A stretch of 64,000 nucleotides of DNA from Eledone cirrhosa (lineage: Eukaryota): the NCBI GenBank assembly GCA_964016885.1, contig OZ024741.1:387190001-387254000 (forward strand), written 5' to 3'. Made by a program: the position numbers and the translations under genes. The notes beneath the pieces are model-generated. The model did not search any database and was not told the DNA's origin. It worked only from the letters and a program-made list of their open reading frames with translations. Shown in pieces: positions 30,449 to 45,001 of this stretch; the first letter of the stretch is position 1, and every line of letters starts with the position of its first letter.

Positions 30449-31689
30449 ATATATATACACACACAAGCCCTGTTTGGAGAGGGGGGGTTCTGTGTTTGGT
30501 GAGGGGAAGGGGCAAGGCATTCGCCTCCCATGATGCCTTGATAAATCCAACCCTACTCTTGTAACAGCTATTTTACATGTAGATTAATTTCCTAATTCAC
30601 ACCCATTCAGTAAGCTAACTAACTATGTATGAGATGGTTTTGCTTTCCTGTTTTGGCCATTTTGGAAGTGCAAGGTATTTCATGAACATGAAAGAGCTGT
30701 CATTATGATTTCGATTAGCAGTAAAAGGGTGGCAAAGTTACGTCCCTTTACGGACTGAGTTCAAATCCCGCCGAGGTTAACTTTGCCTTTCATCCTTACG
30801 GGGTCAATAAAATAAAGTACCAGTAATGTACTGGGTAATTGCTGGCCTTATGCCAAAAGTAGAAATAATTATGATTTCCTCTGGAATACATTTCAAAGAA
30901 GGGAGTTAAGCCCTTTATATGCTTTCAACTAGAGTTTTCTTGTAGCCTAGTTGAGCCCGTCACTTATGTAATTTGAACTAAGCCTGCAAGATTACAAACA
31001 AACACACATGCACAAGCATACACATGCACATGAAAACAAACACACAGACACACACAAACACATACACACATTTTCTTCCCCTCTCAGTGTTATACCCCAT
31101 TTTCCTGCCCTCCCACCCTCACATGCACCACTAAAATCACCTAGACCAGGGGTTGGCAACTTCTTTGCCTCCATGGGCCAGATCGAGTATTAATGACAGA
31201 TAGCAGGCCAGACGAAGGCCATAAAAGAATAATTATGGAAAATTACACAAGCTAAAATTTAATCAGTGTTGACTATACTTAAAAATAATTTGTATTAACC
31301 CCATATGAATGTAGTAATGGAAAAACATCATTTATTCAATTGAAGACATCGTTGGAATAATTTGTTTAAAAAATCTTAAAAATACATAACAGTCAAAATA
31401 TTAATGATAAAACTTGATGTTTTTTTGTTCCTTGAAAGCTTCTCAATATTAGGCTTCAAATTTGATGCAAGAGCAAGATATTATCTCATCTCTTATATTA
31501 CAATAAATTTAAATTTTAAATAAACAACTCATTGGGCATCAGGCCAGTCAAAATCCCTTCGGCTCGCGATCCACACAAATACTCTTCTCTATTTCAGAGA
31601 TGGAAAACAATCACAAATCCATCTTCCACTCCCCTTCTTAAGTTTCACTCTTCTTCCTCTTACTCTTCTGGTGAACTTCATACATAACT

Positions 31690-32616
31690 TCAGAGTTGGT
31701 ACCATCAAAGTAAGCACAATGAAAGAGAGGTCAAGAGATACTTGAACAAACGAAAATTGATGTATGCTGTGTGCAAGAGACTAGATGGAGGGGAATGTCA
31801 GGTAAATTTTTTATGGGCAAAAAACGATGCTACAAATTGTTTGGGGTGGGAAATCTCAACTGGCTGGGGGGAGTAGGGATTATGGTAGCAGAAAAGTTGG
31901 TAGACAAGGTAATTCTTGTAAATGGAGTGAATCATCAAACTTAGATTAGTACTAAATTGAACAACTGTAACAATTATATCTGCAAATGCACCTCAATCTG
32001 GACTATCAGACAGACTAAAAGACAGGTTCTACAAATCACTAATGTACATAACCTCCCAAATAAGTGGCAGGGACATCATAATCATTGCTGGTGACTTCAA
32101 TGGACATGTTGCGCAATTCTGTAACGGAGGTTGTGGATTCAGTGCTAGAAATGAGGAAGACTCCAGGCTTCTGTAATTCTGTAATGCCAATGATCTATCT
32201 ATCTGTAACACAAACTTCAAAAAGTGGATGTTCCAAAAGTACTGTAGCTAAAGTGAGAACAGGATGGAAAAAGTTCAAAGAGCTACTACTGCTGCTAACT
32301 ACAAAAGGTTTTCCCTCAAAATGAAGGGCAGATTGTATGATGTGTGTATACGAACAACAATGATGTATGGCAGTGAGAACTGGGTGGTGTGTGCAGAGGA
32401 CCTACGAAGTCGTCATGTATGTGACACAACAAAAAGCACTCAGCACATACTGTAAATGTGGTTGGTGTTAGAAGGAAATTCAGCTGCAAAAAGCAATTCT
32501 GTATGTGCAAGACATGATCATCAGATTTGGCTTGTCTGACAACAGAGCAATTCCTCTAACCCATGGTAGCATGGAAAAATGGACTTTAAACAATGATGAT
32601 AATTATGATGATGATA
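31690..32616 (+). mobile_element. Old, internally deleted RTE copy
   Basis: Degenerate APE region joined to KVRTGWKKFKEL and a degenerate 3' UTR. Confidence 0.7.
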
Positions 32617-35600
32617 TCAAAAAGATTAGTTTTCTTAACTATATGCATAGTATAGTATCTATGCATAATATTGTTCAAACCGGCCAAAACCGGCCAGAAT
32701 TCTCTACCTCTTTCTGTTGAAACTGGCTGTAACTGGCCACTCATACTGATGTTAAGGTATTGTTCTCAAAATAAATACTTTCAAAATCTCATAGATTCGA
32801 TATTATGTGAGATAATTTCCATGAAAATATAATAGTATATATAGAGTAATGTGAATGCTAAAGGGTTAAACAACACCCTCAATTAGTTGTGTAGCGGAAC
32901 CTCGACATTTTCCCACAATGGTTTACTTAGTCTGTCACACATGAGCACAAAAAGACTGGCCTTTGACCTCTGAACCCCAAACTTATGTAATGTTTTCTTG
33001 TAGGAGGCTCACAGCACCAGAGTGTCTGAAAAGGGACAGTTCTAAATGCTATTTGTTTAATGTTTCTGGGCAACCTAATTCTTATAGAATTTTCTTATAG
33101 AGATTTTCGATCCCTGGGAGAGTCTACTTTCAACTCTGCAGCAAACAGACAGTTTGTTTGGTCAGCCTCATTATGTTGCCACACACTCGCTAGCCAAGCC
33201 TGCGAAGATCAGCACTAACTGAGTTTGCTACCAGGTTAGTAAAATTTAGTACTATGGATTCTACATTAGCACACATAACACTGTATATATATGTGCATCT
33301 TTTTCCATTGTTCATTGCTGATTTTGAAGTAAATCATGTGACAAATAATAACATTAATAATAACATTAATAATAACATTAAAATTAGCAGTGTTGTTTAT
33401 TTGTTAATTCTTATCCATGTGATTTAGGAAAATCATCTTCCTCGTGGTAACATCACTTCACACCACAAACAAGTACAACTACTATTTTTCTTGAACATGG
33501 CAAAATTTCTCAGACATACTTCACTTACTCCCTTTGCCATTACTCAATCAACAATCTACTCCCTCATTCATCATCTTCACACTCCTACTACACCTCCACA
33601 AATGAACCAAGCAACCCACCACATCACCGAACCAATATTTATCAAAACCCCATTCTCCCTGCTAATGTCTTTCTTCTATCCCCACAAAGCAGTAGTTCTC
33701 ACTATCAAAGATAAAGTAAACAGCTAACAGTAAATAGAAATTCAATCTTTTTACAGCAGAGTTAGTGTGTAGGTTATTATTTCATGTAAAGGTCGCAGAT
33801 GACATTTCGTTGAGACATCTGGTCTGCTTATTTATTTCACTTATCAAAAAATGTCAAGTAAAAAGAGAAAGAGACAGTTGTATATAACATGTCAACAAGT
33901 TATTTCACAATAGCAAATAAACATAAGAAAATAAAAATAAAGGAGAAAGCATAATGTTAATGTTTTATGAAAGAAAAGCAACTGATTTCTACAGAAAATT
34001 AACAACAAAAAATTATATTTATAAAATTTGGTAACCCCAGAGAAGGAAAAAGTAGACTGAGACAGCTGCAGGGAATTGAATCACACATCTCATGTAATTA
34101 CATAAAATATCTCTGGAGAAGGAAAAGAGTGGACAGGGGCACCTGCAATTTATTTAACTATTATCTAGGCACATGGCTTAGTGGTTAGAGAATTGGATTT
34201 ACAATTGTGAGGTTGTAAGTTTGATTCGAGGACTGTTATGTCCTTGAGCAAGACACTTTATTTCACATTGCTCTTTCTGCCTGGAGTTGCAACTGGTAGA
34301 TAGTATCAGCAATGGAATGACCAATGGAAATATTGTTCTCTTGGTCCAATTTGATAAGTTCCACCCCACTCGGTAAACGAATGAGATCTGGGATCTTGTC
34401 AATTGATTTTCCCCTCCCCTATTGTCTATAGTTATCAACAATTGTTATTATAATTAGCTGCATTGTGGTGGCTATATTTTCAACTCTTGATCAGTGTTTA
34501 ATTATATTCAACAAGAAAATGATCTGCATTAAATTCTATAATGTTTATGGTGTTTGAGAAGGATAGATACCCAGTCATAGAAACCAGGCCAAAGGCTTGA
34601 GAGAGCTCTACAGTTGAGTCGAAGACATAACAGTCTTTCTAGTGTTGCTACCACAATAAAATACTCTCGGTACTGTTTGTACATGATAAAATGGACCTCA
34701 TTGATTTCAACAATGAGTATTCTAGTTGATCAATCAATAGAATAGCCTGCTCATGAAATTAATATGTAAGTGGTTCAGCATTCCACAGACACGTGTACCA
34801 TTAACATAATTCTCAAAGCATAACATAGTGTGTGAGAAAACTGGCTTTTTGAATTACAGGTGCAGTCAATCCAACGGACTACCAAACAGTTACTGTCTAC
34901 CCAATTTGACTTACAAGGCATGGGTCAGCCAAAAGCTATGGTAAATGACACATGTCCAAGATGCCACACAGTGGGATTGAACCAGAGACCTTATGATTGC
35001 AAAGTGAACTTTTCGACCATTTGACTATGTTGGGTCCATGCAGAAACCATGCGGTAAATGGAACATAGATCAAGACATGGTTCCTCAACCCCTCTAGTTT
35101 CTGACTAACCATGAAAACTTTTCCAACCCATGCCAGCATGAAAAACGGACATAAAATGATTATGATAATTAACAAAAGAAATAAATCAATATAAAGGAAT
35201 TGGAAAGAAGGGAAAAAATGGAGACGAGATGGTGTTAGTTAGCCACTAAAAAAGGTCAACTCTCATGAAACAGGCCTATGATCAAAAACAAACATAGGCA
35301 ATCTGTGGCACTCAAGTTGATGCAGCCCTTTATGATGGTTTCTATAGCATGCATAGTGTGAGAATTACTGTATATATTCGAATATGAGCCAATCCAAATA
35401 TAAGCCGACCCCCTATTTTATATCTGAGAAATGGGTAAAAATCCAAACCTTGTTTAATAAGTCAAGACAACTAATCAACACATGTTTAAATAGCATGACT
35501 TTGAAATTCTCATGAGTATAAAATATATTTATAACGTTTTAATATTTTGATATTTAAAATGATATTTAAAATAGGTTTTGTTTCACAACTCCATTATGTA

Positions 35601-36949
35601 ATGAGTTTCCATTATGTTAAGTTTCAAAGCACGGTGGATTGGTAGAATCAGTAGAGCATCGGACAACATGCTTTGCAACCTAGAATTACAGCCCTCTATT
35701 TTCTGAGTTCATATCCCACCAAGATTAGCTTTGCCTTACAGGGTCAATAAAATAAAGTACCAGTAATGCACTGGGGTAGATTTAATCGACTTTCCCCTAC
35801 CCCAAAATCGCTGGCCTTGAGCCTAAATCAGAAACCATTATGTTAAGTTTCAACAAGTGTCTCAAATTTTTTGTTTACTTCTAGCTACTCACATACTAGG
35901 AGTACATTGAAAGCAAAAGATATCAAATAAGAGAACGTTGTATAGGGAAGGATTCATAGAGTAGAAGAAGGAGGGAAAGACAGCAAGTGAGAGAGCAAGA
36001 GAAAGGAAAGAGAGTGAGAGCAATAAAATACAAATCAGAAGTAAAATTTCAATCTTACATAAGATTGAAAGAAACCTTATTATTATTAAATCAGAAAAAC
36101 ACATGTATCTATGTGTGGACATATGCATGCATGTATGTGTGTATGTGCATGGAATAGTAATGTATTAAAAAGTTCAAATTATAAAAATTTGTTGGAAGTA
36201 TTTTGAAAGGAATGCATAAATAATGCCAATGATGATGTAAATGTAGAAAAACTGTTTCATTGTAAAATAATCACTCCAGATATTTTAGCACCTTATTTAC
36301 ATCGAAATTTAAGTTAGTGAAAATCAACAAAATATTGACCTTGAATATAAGTCGAGTATATTCGAGCATATTCGAGTATATTTAGTATATAAACATAACT
36401 TTTTCTCTCTAAAATTTGGTAACATTATTCCATTCTCATGTCTGATTCTGTTAACCTTTCTGATACTAAACTGCCTGACATTACCCATGGTTCCATTATA
36501 CAAACCTGTTTATTTTAAAGAGTCTATATTTATCTAAATGTCTTCCATCATAATTTTGACAAATTCTTGATTATTGTGCCTTTCATTATAAATAAATATG
36601 GTAACTATCGAAATGAACAATTTTGCTATGTTTCTCATTAATGTCACTGCCTATGATTGTCTTTATCTAGAAATGGAGAAGATTGACTGAAAGGTTAGCA
36701 ACACCTTCTCATTGACCGGTGTGTACCACAGCACAGAATGAAAATTAAGAAAAAAAAATTAACAAAATACGAAATTCATCATCATCATCATCATCATCAT
36801 TGTGACCACAGTCTCTCTACAATTCACAATTTTCCATTGATCCATTGAGATTTGTATTGACTGAGAGTTGATCAGCAGGTCTTCCTTTACTGCATCTCCC
36901 ATGATTTGGTTCCCACAGCTTGTGTATAATTTCCTGTTTACTTCTCCAG

Positions 36950-38125
36950 CATCATCATCATCATCATCATTTAACGTCTATCTTCCACGCTAGTATGGGT
37001 TAGATGGGAGTTGTCCCACTTGAGGCAAGATTGGACGGGTGACCGTGTCTCACTCATATAGGACTATCTGGCAGGTTTTCTACGGCTGGATGCCCTTCCT
37101 AACACCAACCACATTTACAGTGTGGACTGGGAACTTTTTACCGTGTTACCTACACGACCACATTACAGCGTGGACTGGGTGTTTTTTGTCGTGACACCTA
37201 CACGACCTCATTAGTTTGGACTGGATGTTGTGGTACCAACTTTACAGAGAGAGGGTGGTGTAGGCGGGAGTGGGAGGATGGTGTAGGGGAAGTGGGTTTG
37301 GGTGTATCTTTGGTTTGGAGGGGCCTGCTGACTGTAGGTTAACTTTGCACATAGGGAAGGCGGGTCTTCTGTATTACTGCGTGGCACCAAAGATCTCAAT
37401 CCAGTGACATTGTCTTAGAGAGGTGTAAGTGTGCAAGGTCAGAATTTTTCTGGATCTACATACTCCACCCTGTACTGATCGCCCTGTACTTTTTTATACA
37501 GCTGTCGTCTTTCATGCGCATCATGTGACCATACCAACGTAATCTTCTCTCAATTAAACAGCATCTGATCCCTCTAATTCCTAATTTATGTTTTGCCGTT
37601 CGTGTATATTACTATTACACATCCAACTGAGCATGCAAGCTTCGTTCCTTTCCAGTCTGTGCAGGTCCTCTGCACACAATGCCCATGTCTCACTGCCATG
37701 TAACATTGCTGTTTGTATACAAGCATATTACAATCTGCCTTTCATTTTCAGAGAGAAACCTTTTGTGGCCACCACTGCTGATTTTGTCACCCAGGTAAAG
37801 GAAAGTGTCCACTATTTCTATAGAACCATCTGGGCAATAGAAGAAGCTAGTATCCTGTGGGCACTTGCTACTTATTGCACCTGAGCATCGGCCACATATA
37901 AAATCTACATTCTTAGATAGCTTATCTGTGATCCCACTACGTCTTTTATGTATCCATAGTTTGTATTTGGGACATAGAATGGAATTTCTACCAACTCCTT
38001 TCCTACACACTGAGCATGGCCATTTCCCAGAGGGCACCTGTGCCCTATTTTCTTTTCTACATGCTAGAACTTTAGTCTTAGACAAGTTAACTTTAAGGCC
38101 TTTTGATTGAAGGCCATGCTTTCAT
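36950..38125 (-). mobile_element. RTE LINE 3' part, minus strand
   Basis: [29 protein letters not shown]; UTR and (GAT)n tail on the minus strand. Confidence 0.85.
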
Positions 38126-39017
38126 GTTTGAATTTATGTCTTTCAGCAATTGTAATTGTTATTTTGGACAAGTTTCTGTATAAACTTTCACTTGTAATAT
38201 GCTGATGCCAGTTTATGTTTTGTACAACCCTAATTATTTTAGTGTGTGTACCATCTAGTTTCTTCTCAAATACTTGTGTCAGGATCCATGTACAACACTG
38301 ACTCAACTGATGTTCTGAAGAATGAAATTAGATATCTACAATTGAGGACCATATTTTGAATTGTTAATTGATCTCATCTGAAAGAATTCATGAGAGATTC
38401 CAAAGCCCCTTGTGGTATGTGACTGATTGATACACTTATTCCGTGTGTGTGTGGTTTTTTTTTTTTGGGGGGGGGGTCACATTGATTGTATATTTTTGTG
38501 TGTTATATTTATAAGGTTCCTTGAATTCTATTTTTATGTGAAATATGATTAAAACATCTTACTAATGAATTCTTGTTATTATAAATACAAACGAGGTTAA
38601 ATCCAACAAGAGAAAAATATGATGCAAATGAATTATGTAGAAGCAAGACTTGTGTGGAAAATTTAAAGAAAAATATTGACAGAAACCACAATTGATGGAG
38701 CTTATTAATTTATTTATAAACTCACAGTTAACCTCTTTGATACTAAACCACCTGAAACTGTCCTGGTTCCACATCTAATTAAAAAAAATTTTATTTTAAA
38801 GGTTATCATAATTTTAAGCAAGAAAATTTTGTTAACTCGTGCTGATTCTGTGTTTATGGAATAATCAGCCACTTACACACTAGTTTAGATGAGCAAGTAA
38901 TTCAGTTAATCAAACAACCTATGGTCAATATCAATAGAGATATTGTAACTCATTTAACAAGAAACTACTTAACATTGGACATCATTCTAAGATACAAAAC
39001 TGTTTATTTTAGTGTTT

Positions 39018-39356
39018 ATATACTACTAAAACTCTGTGATTGTGTACTTGTCAGTAATTTAATACAGCCAAAATGCGGATAAAGGGAAAATACTTTGAAA
39101 GGAAGTTGCCGCTGAAATGGAAATACAAATGGAATAAAACAAGTTTCAAGTAAATCAGAGCACGGGTTTCCGAGGTACAGGTTTCATAAATAGATAGAAA
39201 GAGATTGTGGTTGTGAGAGAATAGATTGAAAATTTCGTTTCACATTATATACATGTCTGTGTATATTTTAATTATTCAAAAAATTTTTCTAAGTGAACAT
39301 GATTTTAAAAACATATTTTTAAGTGAATGTGACCCAACGGGTCACAGGTGGTCTAG
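39018..39356 (+). mobile_element. Non-autonomous Helitron
   Basis: 3' hairpin tgtgaccc-aac-gggtcaca, 6 nt upstream of CTAG|T; 5' tatactactaaaa resembles Helitron starts. 5' boundary approximate. Confidence 0.6.
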
Positions 39357-39418
39357 TATTTATCTAAAATCCTTCCCCCATAATTTTATGCAAGAATTCC
39401 TTAATATTTTCCAAATTA

Positions 39419-41099
39419 CACTGTGTAACATATATATTGTTCCCCGGTTCTAAATATCATTTCCTGGTTTGTTATATCCCATTATTATTAAAGAACACTA
39501 TTATTTAATTAGAAGTTTGGGTTTGTGATCAGGAGTTTGATATTTCGAAATTTTCATATTTTTCAAGAAAAAACACATTTTTTTTTAATTTATCAGTTCA
39601 TATAATTAAATCAACAGAGTATATATTTATTTTATTACACAAACTTATCAAAAGCAAACAAGTAAAAACAAATAACACTTATAAAGCAACTTATACACGT
39701 CAGAAATGACAGTTGCGGTTGTAGTCCAGGTCGCATTCCCGCACTAGCCCCCAGATATAGTCCCCCATAATTTTTTTTAATTTATCAGTTCATATAATTT
39801 TTTTTTAATTTATCAGTTCATATAATTAAATCAACAGAGTATATATTTATTTTATTACACAAACTTATCAAAAGCAAACAAGTAAAAACAAATAACACTT
39901 ATAAAGCAACTTATACACGTCAGAAATGACAGTTGCGGTTGTAGTCCAGGTCGCATTCCCGCACTAGCCCCCAGATATAGTCCCCCATAATTTTTTCATT
40001 GTAGTGGCCCTGGTACCTCCACTCTATCTCTTTCACATCTTGGTGGAATCATTCGCCTTGTTCTTCTGAGTAGGCGCCCATATTGTCCTTGAATTTTTCC
40101 AGGTGAGCGTCCAGCATATGGAGTTTAAGCGACATCCTGCATCCCATGGCGCCAAAAGCCTTTATCAGATCCTGCACCAGTTGCTGGTAGTTTTCAGCTC
40201 TGTAGTTGCTCAGGAAGCCCTTAACAACTGCCTTGAAACAGTTCCATGCTGTTCTCTCAATCCTGTTGAGCTTATTGGAGAACTCGGTAGACTCAAACCT
40301 CCTTGGAGTCCAAGCAGGAAAGCCACCATCTTGAAGTCTCCAATGATTTCCCAATTGTACTGGTTGTATTGCAAGAGAACTTTCACACTGTAGTAATCTT
40401 CCTTCAGGCAAACTGAATGAGCTAGGGGCAGTGTCGGGAACTTGTTTCCATTGTGGAGGAGGACAGCCTTCAAACTTGTGGTGGAGCTGTCTATAAATAG
40501 CCGCCACTCCTTGGGCACAAACGGCACCCCAATAACGTCAAACAGTCCAGGCACGTCATGGCAGAAGCAGAGGCCATCCCTAAGAGTGTAAAAGCCTGAG
40601 AAAGGTTTGTGTCGACTTCTCTGACTTGTCACCTGTACTTCCTCCTTGACCAAGATCCACTGCTTCATCCTGGAGATGAATAGCTCTGCATTGGACTCGG
40701 TCAGACCCATATCCCTGACCAAGTCATTGACTTCTTTTTGGTTTGGGAAGTGAGGAACTTTTTCTGGTACCCCAGTATCAATAAATCTCTTTAATCCACT
40801 TTTTAACAATTTTATACTTTATTGCACTTTTATAATTTTCTTTAGGTATTACTCTTTATTTTATAATTTTAATTTAACCTGAAACATATATAAAAAACAT
40901 CATTTAACATAGGCAAATTAAACTTACATACAACGTAAAATCTAGCATACAAATAATTCTAGTGAATAGCTTAAAATTTTTACAAACCCAAACTTTTAAC
41001 TGTTTAATAGCACTTTTTTATTTTATTTGGTACCTAAGCAACACAAAAAAAGTGATTACAAGCCAGGAACAGAGAAAAAAATTTGTTTGTTATACAGTG
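39419..41099 (-). mobile_element. Chapaev3 (CMC) DNA transposon, internally deleted
   Basis: TIRs CACTGTGTAACA / TGTTATACAGTG, 3-bp TSD TTA on both sides; transposase remnants WRLFIDSS..LKAVLLHNGN, GDFKM..LLGLQGG, CRMSLKLH, SEEQGE; internal ~220-bp tandem duplication at 39580-39996. Confidence 0.8.
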
Positions 41100-41134
41100 T
41101 TATTTGAAAATGATAAGCAGTATTTTTCATTAGA

Positions 41135-41496
41135 AATACAGTAATGAAAGGGTTAATACAGTAATGAAAGGGTTAATACAGTAATGAAAGGGTTAATACA
41201 AGAATGAAAGGGATAATACTGTAATGAAATGGTTAATACAGTAATGAAAGGGTTAATACAGTAATGAAATGGTTAATACAGTAATGAAAGGGTTAATACT
41301 GTAATGAAAGGGTTAATACAAGAATGAAAGGGTTAATACTGTAATGAAAGGGTTAATACAGTAATGAAAGGGTTAATACAAGAATGAAAGGGTTAATACA
41401 GTAATGAAAGGGTTAATACAATAATGAAAGGGTTAATACAGTAATGAAAGGGTTAATACAGTAATGAAAGGGTTAATATAGCAATGAAAGGGTTAA
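41135..41496. repeat. 20-bp minisatellite (AATACAGTAATGAAAGGGTT)n, about 18 copies
   Basis: Directly visible. Confidence 0.95.
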
Positions 41497-41518
41497 TTTT
41501 AGTATAGTTGACTCTTAC

Positions 41519-41552
41519 CTTGGGCTGATATTAATGGAAATAGAAGCAAAAC
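41519..41552 (-). CDS. Host gene exon 2 (signal peptide, part 2: VLLLFPLISAQ)
   Basis: Acceptor ttccttttttcag|GTT, donor CAAG|gtaaga; 34 nt, phase 0 to 1. Completes a hydrophobic core and an I-S-A-type cleavage site, in frame with the 27767 exon. Confidence 0.72.
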
Positions 41553-43057
41553 CTGAAAAAAGGAACACAATTAAATTATAAAATAAAAAACTACAAAAGA
41601 AATAGTTAGTGTCATTGAAAATGTCAAATATTGATCTGTAACTATTTTGTTTCCCTCTCTAAGATTGATACAAGATAACTGCTCAATATTTTTCATTATT
41701 ACTCTTACAGTGCGGTGGATTGGCAGTATCGGTAGAGGGTCGAACGGCATGCTTTGCCGCATAGAGTTACGACCCTTTATGATCTGAGTTCAAATCCTGC
41801 TGAGGTTAACTTTGCCTTTCATCCTTACAGGGTCGATAAAATAAAATACCAGTAATGTACTGGAGTCGATTTAATCGACTTTCCCCTCCCCCTAAATTAC
41901 TGGCCTTGTGCCTATACTAGAAATAATTATTACTCTTATGGCATGGAGTTACGTCCCTTTACATTTTGAGTTTAAATCCCACCAAAGTTAGTTTCACCTT
42001 TCATCCTTATGGGGTTGATGAAATAAAGTACCAATAATGCTCTGTGGTCGATCTAATCGACTTTCCCCTTCCCCAAAGACTTGGCCTTGTGCCTAAATCA
42101 GAAACTGTTATTATTTCAGGCTTAGAAAATAATACTTATCACTAAATTACAATTTTCATCCTGTAGCTTTCAGATGTTCTGGAAAGCTGGGATACTGACA
42201 AGGTTTTATCATCCTTAGCAGCTTGCCTTACTGAAGTGTCAGGTGATAATCATCAGAGTCTTAGCCTCACTATCACCATCATCATCATCATTTTACATCT
42301 ATTCGTCCATGCTTACATGGGTTGAATGGGTCTTTCTCAGTACAGCATCTCTCCTCTTGTCACATTATTTTGTTCTCTTCTCCATGAGCTTTAGTAATGT
42401 GAGATCAGCTCTCACCACTTCCATCCAGGTCTTCCTCAGTCTTCCTCTACTCTGGCTTCCTTCCACTGGTATTATTTAACACAGTAATACCATAAGTGTC
42501 TAGACTTGCCTCAAAAAGTTTTACAATACAATGCTGGCATCATCTGTTGTAATGTGTAATTGAGTGTCATGTCTCTAGGTTTTTGTTTTCTTTCATTTTT
42601 CTTCTTTCTGACTCTCTTGTTTCTCTTCTGTTTTTTTTTTGTTTTTTTTTTATTCGTTCTTTTTACAAATCATTTTATAACTTAATACACTTTTCTTTCC
42701 ATTCTAGATCTGCAACTGTTGTGCTTTCTAATCTTGTATAATCAGTATAAAATAACAGCTCAGTTTTCATTATTATCTTGGATGACCCTTTACAGTCTGA
42801 ATTCAAATCCCACCAAGGTTAACTTTGCCTTGCATCGTTACGGGGTCGATAAAACAGAGCACCAATAATGCACTGCCGTAATTGCTGGCCTTGTGCCAAA
42901 AGTAGAAACAATTATTATCTTGGACTTAGAAAATAAGGAATGGTTTCTATGGCTGGATACCCTTCCTAGCATCAACCACCTTAGAGAGTATACTGGATGC
43001 ATTTAAACACAAACAGGAACACAAACACATAAACACACACATATATATGTGTACATA

Positions 43058-43594
43058 TGTAGCGAAATCTGTCCACGCCTTGAACCTTGGATGACACCTA
43101 AAAGGTCAAACTCTAGGTCACCACCCTTTTGGTGTGAACAGGTTCATGCGTGGGCTATCCCCTCAAGGTGGGAGACAGAAAGCGACAGGTATATAAAGCC
43201 TGTATCATCCCATGTTTATACAGAGAGATCAGACCATTACGCTAGCAGCAAACTATGCAAAGATTCACCGCTACCTTCAGGCCCCAGAGGTCTACAGAAA
43301 TACAGAGAGATCGGAGCACTACGATACAGACCAGCTATGTGAAAGATTCACCGCTATCTACAGGCCACAGTGGTCTACAGTCAACTACAGACCATTATCT
43401 CTCTCTCTCTTGGCGCAGACTAAATCAGCCTCATGAACCAACAACAAAAATAACATTGTCAACCTTTGCAACTCGTGGTAATATGTTTATTGTTCTTTTT
43501 GTATCAAGTGAAGTAAACCTTAATATATAAACTAAATCATTTATTCTTGTTAATTCATTTAATGATTTCTTAACCAATACCCCTTTGTTAAACA
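43058..43594 (+). mobile_element. Possible solo LTR
   Basis: TG...CA ends, TATAAA, internal duplicated unit, sits in a microsatellite; no clear TSD. Confidence 0.35.
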
Positions 43595-43614
43595 CACACA
43601 TATATATATATGGA

Positions 43615-43960
43615 GGCACATGGCTTAGTGGTTAGAGCATTGGCCTTGCAATCGAAAGGTTGTGAGTTTAATTTTCAGACCGGGTGATGTGTTGTTTCCT
43701 TGAGCAAGACACTTTATTTCACATTGCTCCAGTTTACTCAGCTGTAGAAATGAGATGATAGGGACTGGGGTCCCTATCATTCCACTGCAAAGTGGTCGTG
43801 GAGGTGCCACGGCAGAAAAGCACCTAGCACTCACTGTAAATGAGGTTGGTGTTAGGAAGGGCATCCAGCTGTAGAAATCAAGCCAGAATCAGTTCCCGTC
43901 CAACCCTTGCAAGCAGGGAAAAAGCGGACGTAAAATGAAATGAAATAATGATGAAATGAT
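43615..43960 (+). mobile_element. tRNA-derived SINE (same family as 21077)
   Basis: Near-identical to 21077-21410. Confidence 0.8.
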
Positions 43961-44196
43961 ATATAATGAGCTTCTGCAGTTTCTGTCTACCAAATTTCCC
44001 TCAGAAATCATTGGTCAACCCAATGGCTATATTAGAAGACACATACCCAAGGTACTATGCAGTGGGATTGAGCGTGAACATGGTTGTGAAGAAAAGTCAT
44101 TTACTACACAGTTGCTATGTCCACATTTGTATGTGATTTCTTTTCATAATTGAAGTTAAGATTAAGAATTATTTGTACAATAGTTACAATAATTAC

Positions 44197-44244
44197 CTGT
44201 AAAAATAGATGTAATAATATAGTATTCCACATCTTTGTCGTCAT
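44197..44244 (-). CDS. Host gene coding exon 1 (signal peptide, part 1: MTTKMWNTILLHLFLQ)
   Basis: ATG at 44244, 48 nt, ends CAG|gtaatt in phase 0; hydrophobic; joins in frame to the next exon. Not in the ORF track. Confidence 0.7.
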
Positions 44245-44419
44245 GTTGAGCGCTTGGTATTAGAGTTAACAATTGTTATGTTTCTTATATTATGGTTGAG
44301 TCTCTTTGAAAAGGTGCAGAGATGCTCAAATTCTAGAGTTCCTTAGAGAAGATGCAACATTTGAATAATATAAATTTCTTAAAAGAGCATGTAGACTTTT
44401 CCAACTACAGAGGTAGCAG

Positions 44420-44572
44420 TAAAGAAGAAGAAGAAGAAGGAGGAGGAGTAGGAGGAGGAGGAGGAGGAGTGGGAGTGGGAGAGGGGGATGTGATGGGGGG
44501 GGGGGGAGAAGACGAAGAAGAAGAAGAAGAAGAAGAAGAAGAAGAAGAAGAAGAAGAAGAAGAAGAAGAAAG
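44420..44572. repeat. Polypurine (GAA)n/(GGA)n tract upstream of the host ATG
   Basis: Directly visible. Confidence 0.9.
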
Positions 44573-44957
44573 AGTGGTTAAAAAATTAAATTGCTACAGA
44601 TGATGGGTGTGTGAATGTATGTGGTTTTATTTTGTCCCTGAATTTAGCACAAAGTTGGCTCATGGCAGTGACAATGGAAACTCAAAATATACTGAGGAAC
44701 TAACCATGTAAGTCGGTGACATGACAGAGTGGAACAGAGAACCTGAAAATATCTAACACACCTTTGTTGTTATAATAATAATAATAATAATAATAATTAT
44801 AATAATAATAATAATAATTATAAAGAAACAATGATAATCTATTCAAAAGAAAAGCAGTCCTGTTTGAAGATATTTTTGGAGAAGTCAGGTGTCATTGCAC
44901 AAAACCATATATATATATATACACACATATATATATGTATACATATATATATCGATA

Positions 44958-45001
<44 letters not shown>

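Noticed and set aside
32890-33452. Second solo LTR candidate (tgtagcgg...gtaaca)
   Set aside because: TG..CA ends only; no TSD or second copy seen.
35885-35960. Candidate extra host exon (gtgagt donor after a pyrimidine tract, minus strand)
   Set aside because: The only nearby AG gives a 3-nt exon; exons 2 and 3 already join in frame.
41135-41496. CRISPR-like or telomere-like array
   Set aside because: Head-to-tail 20-mers with no unique spacers and no TTAGGG units; eukaryotic context.
44352-44603. Glu/Gly-rich ORF
   Set aside because: Translation of the (GAA)n/(GGA)n tract.
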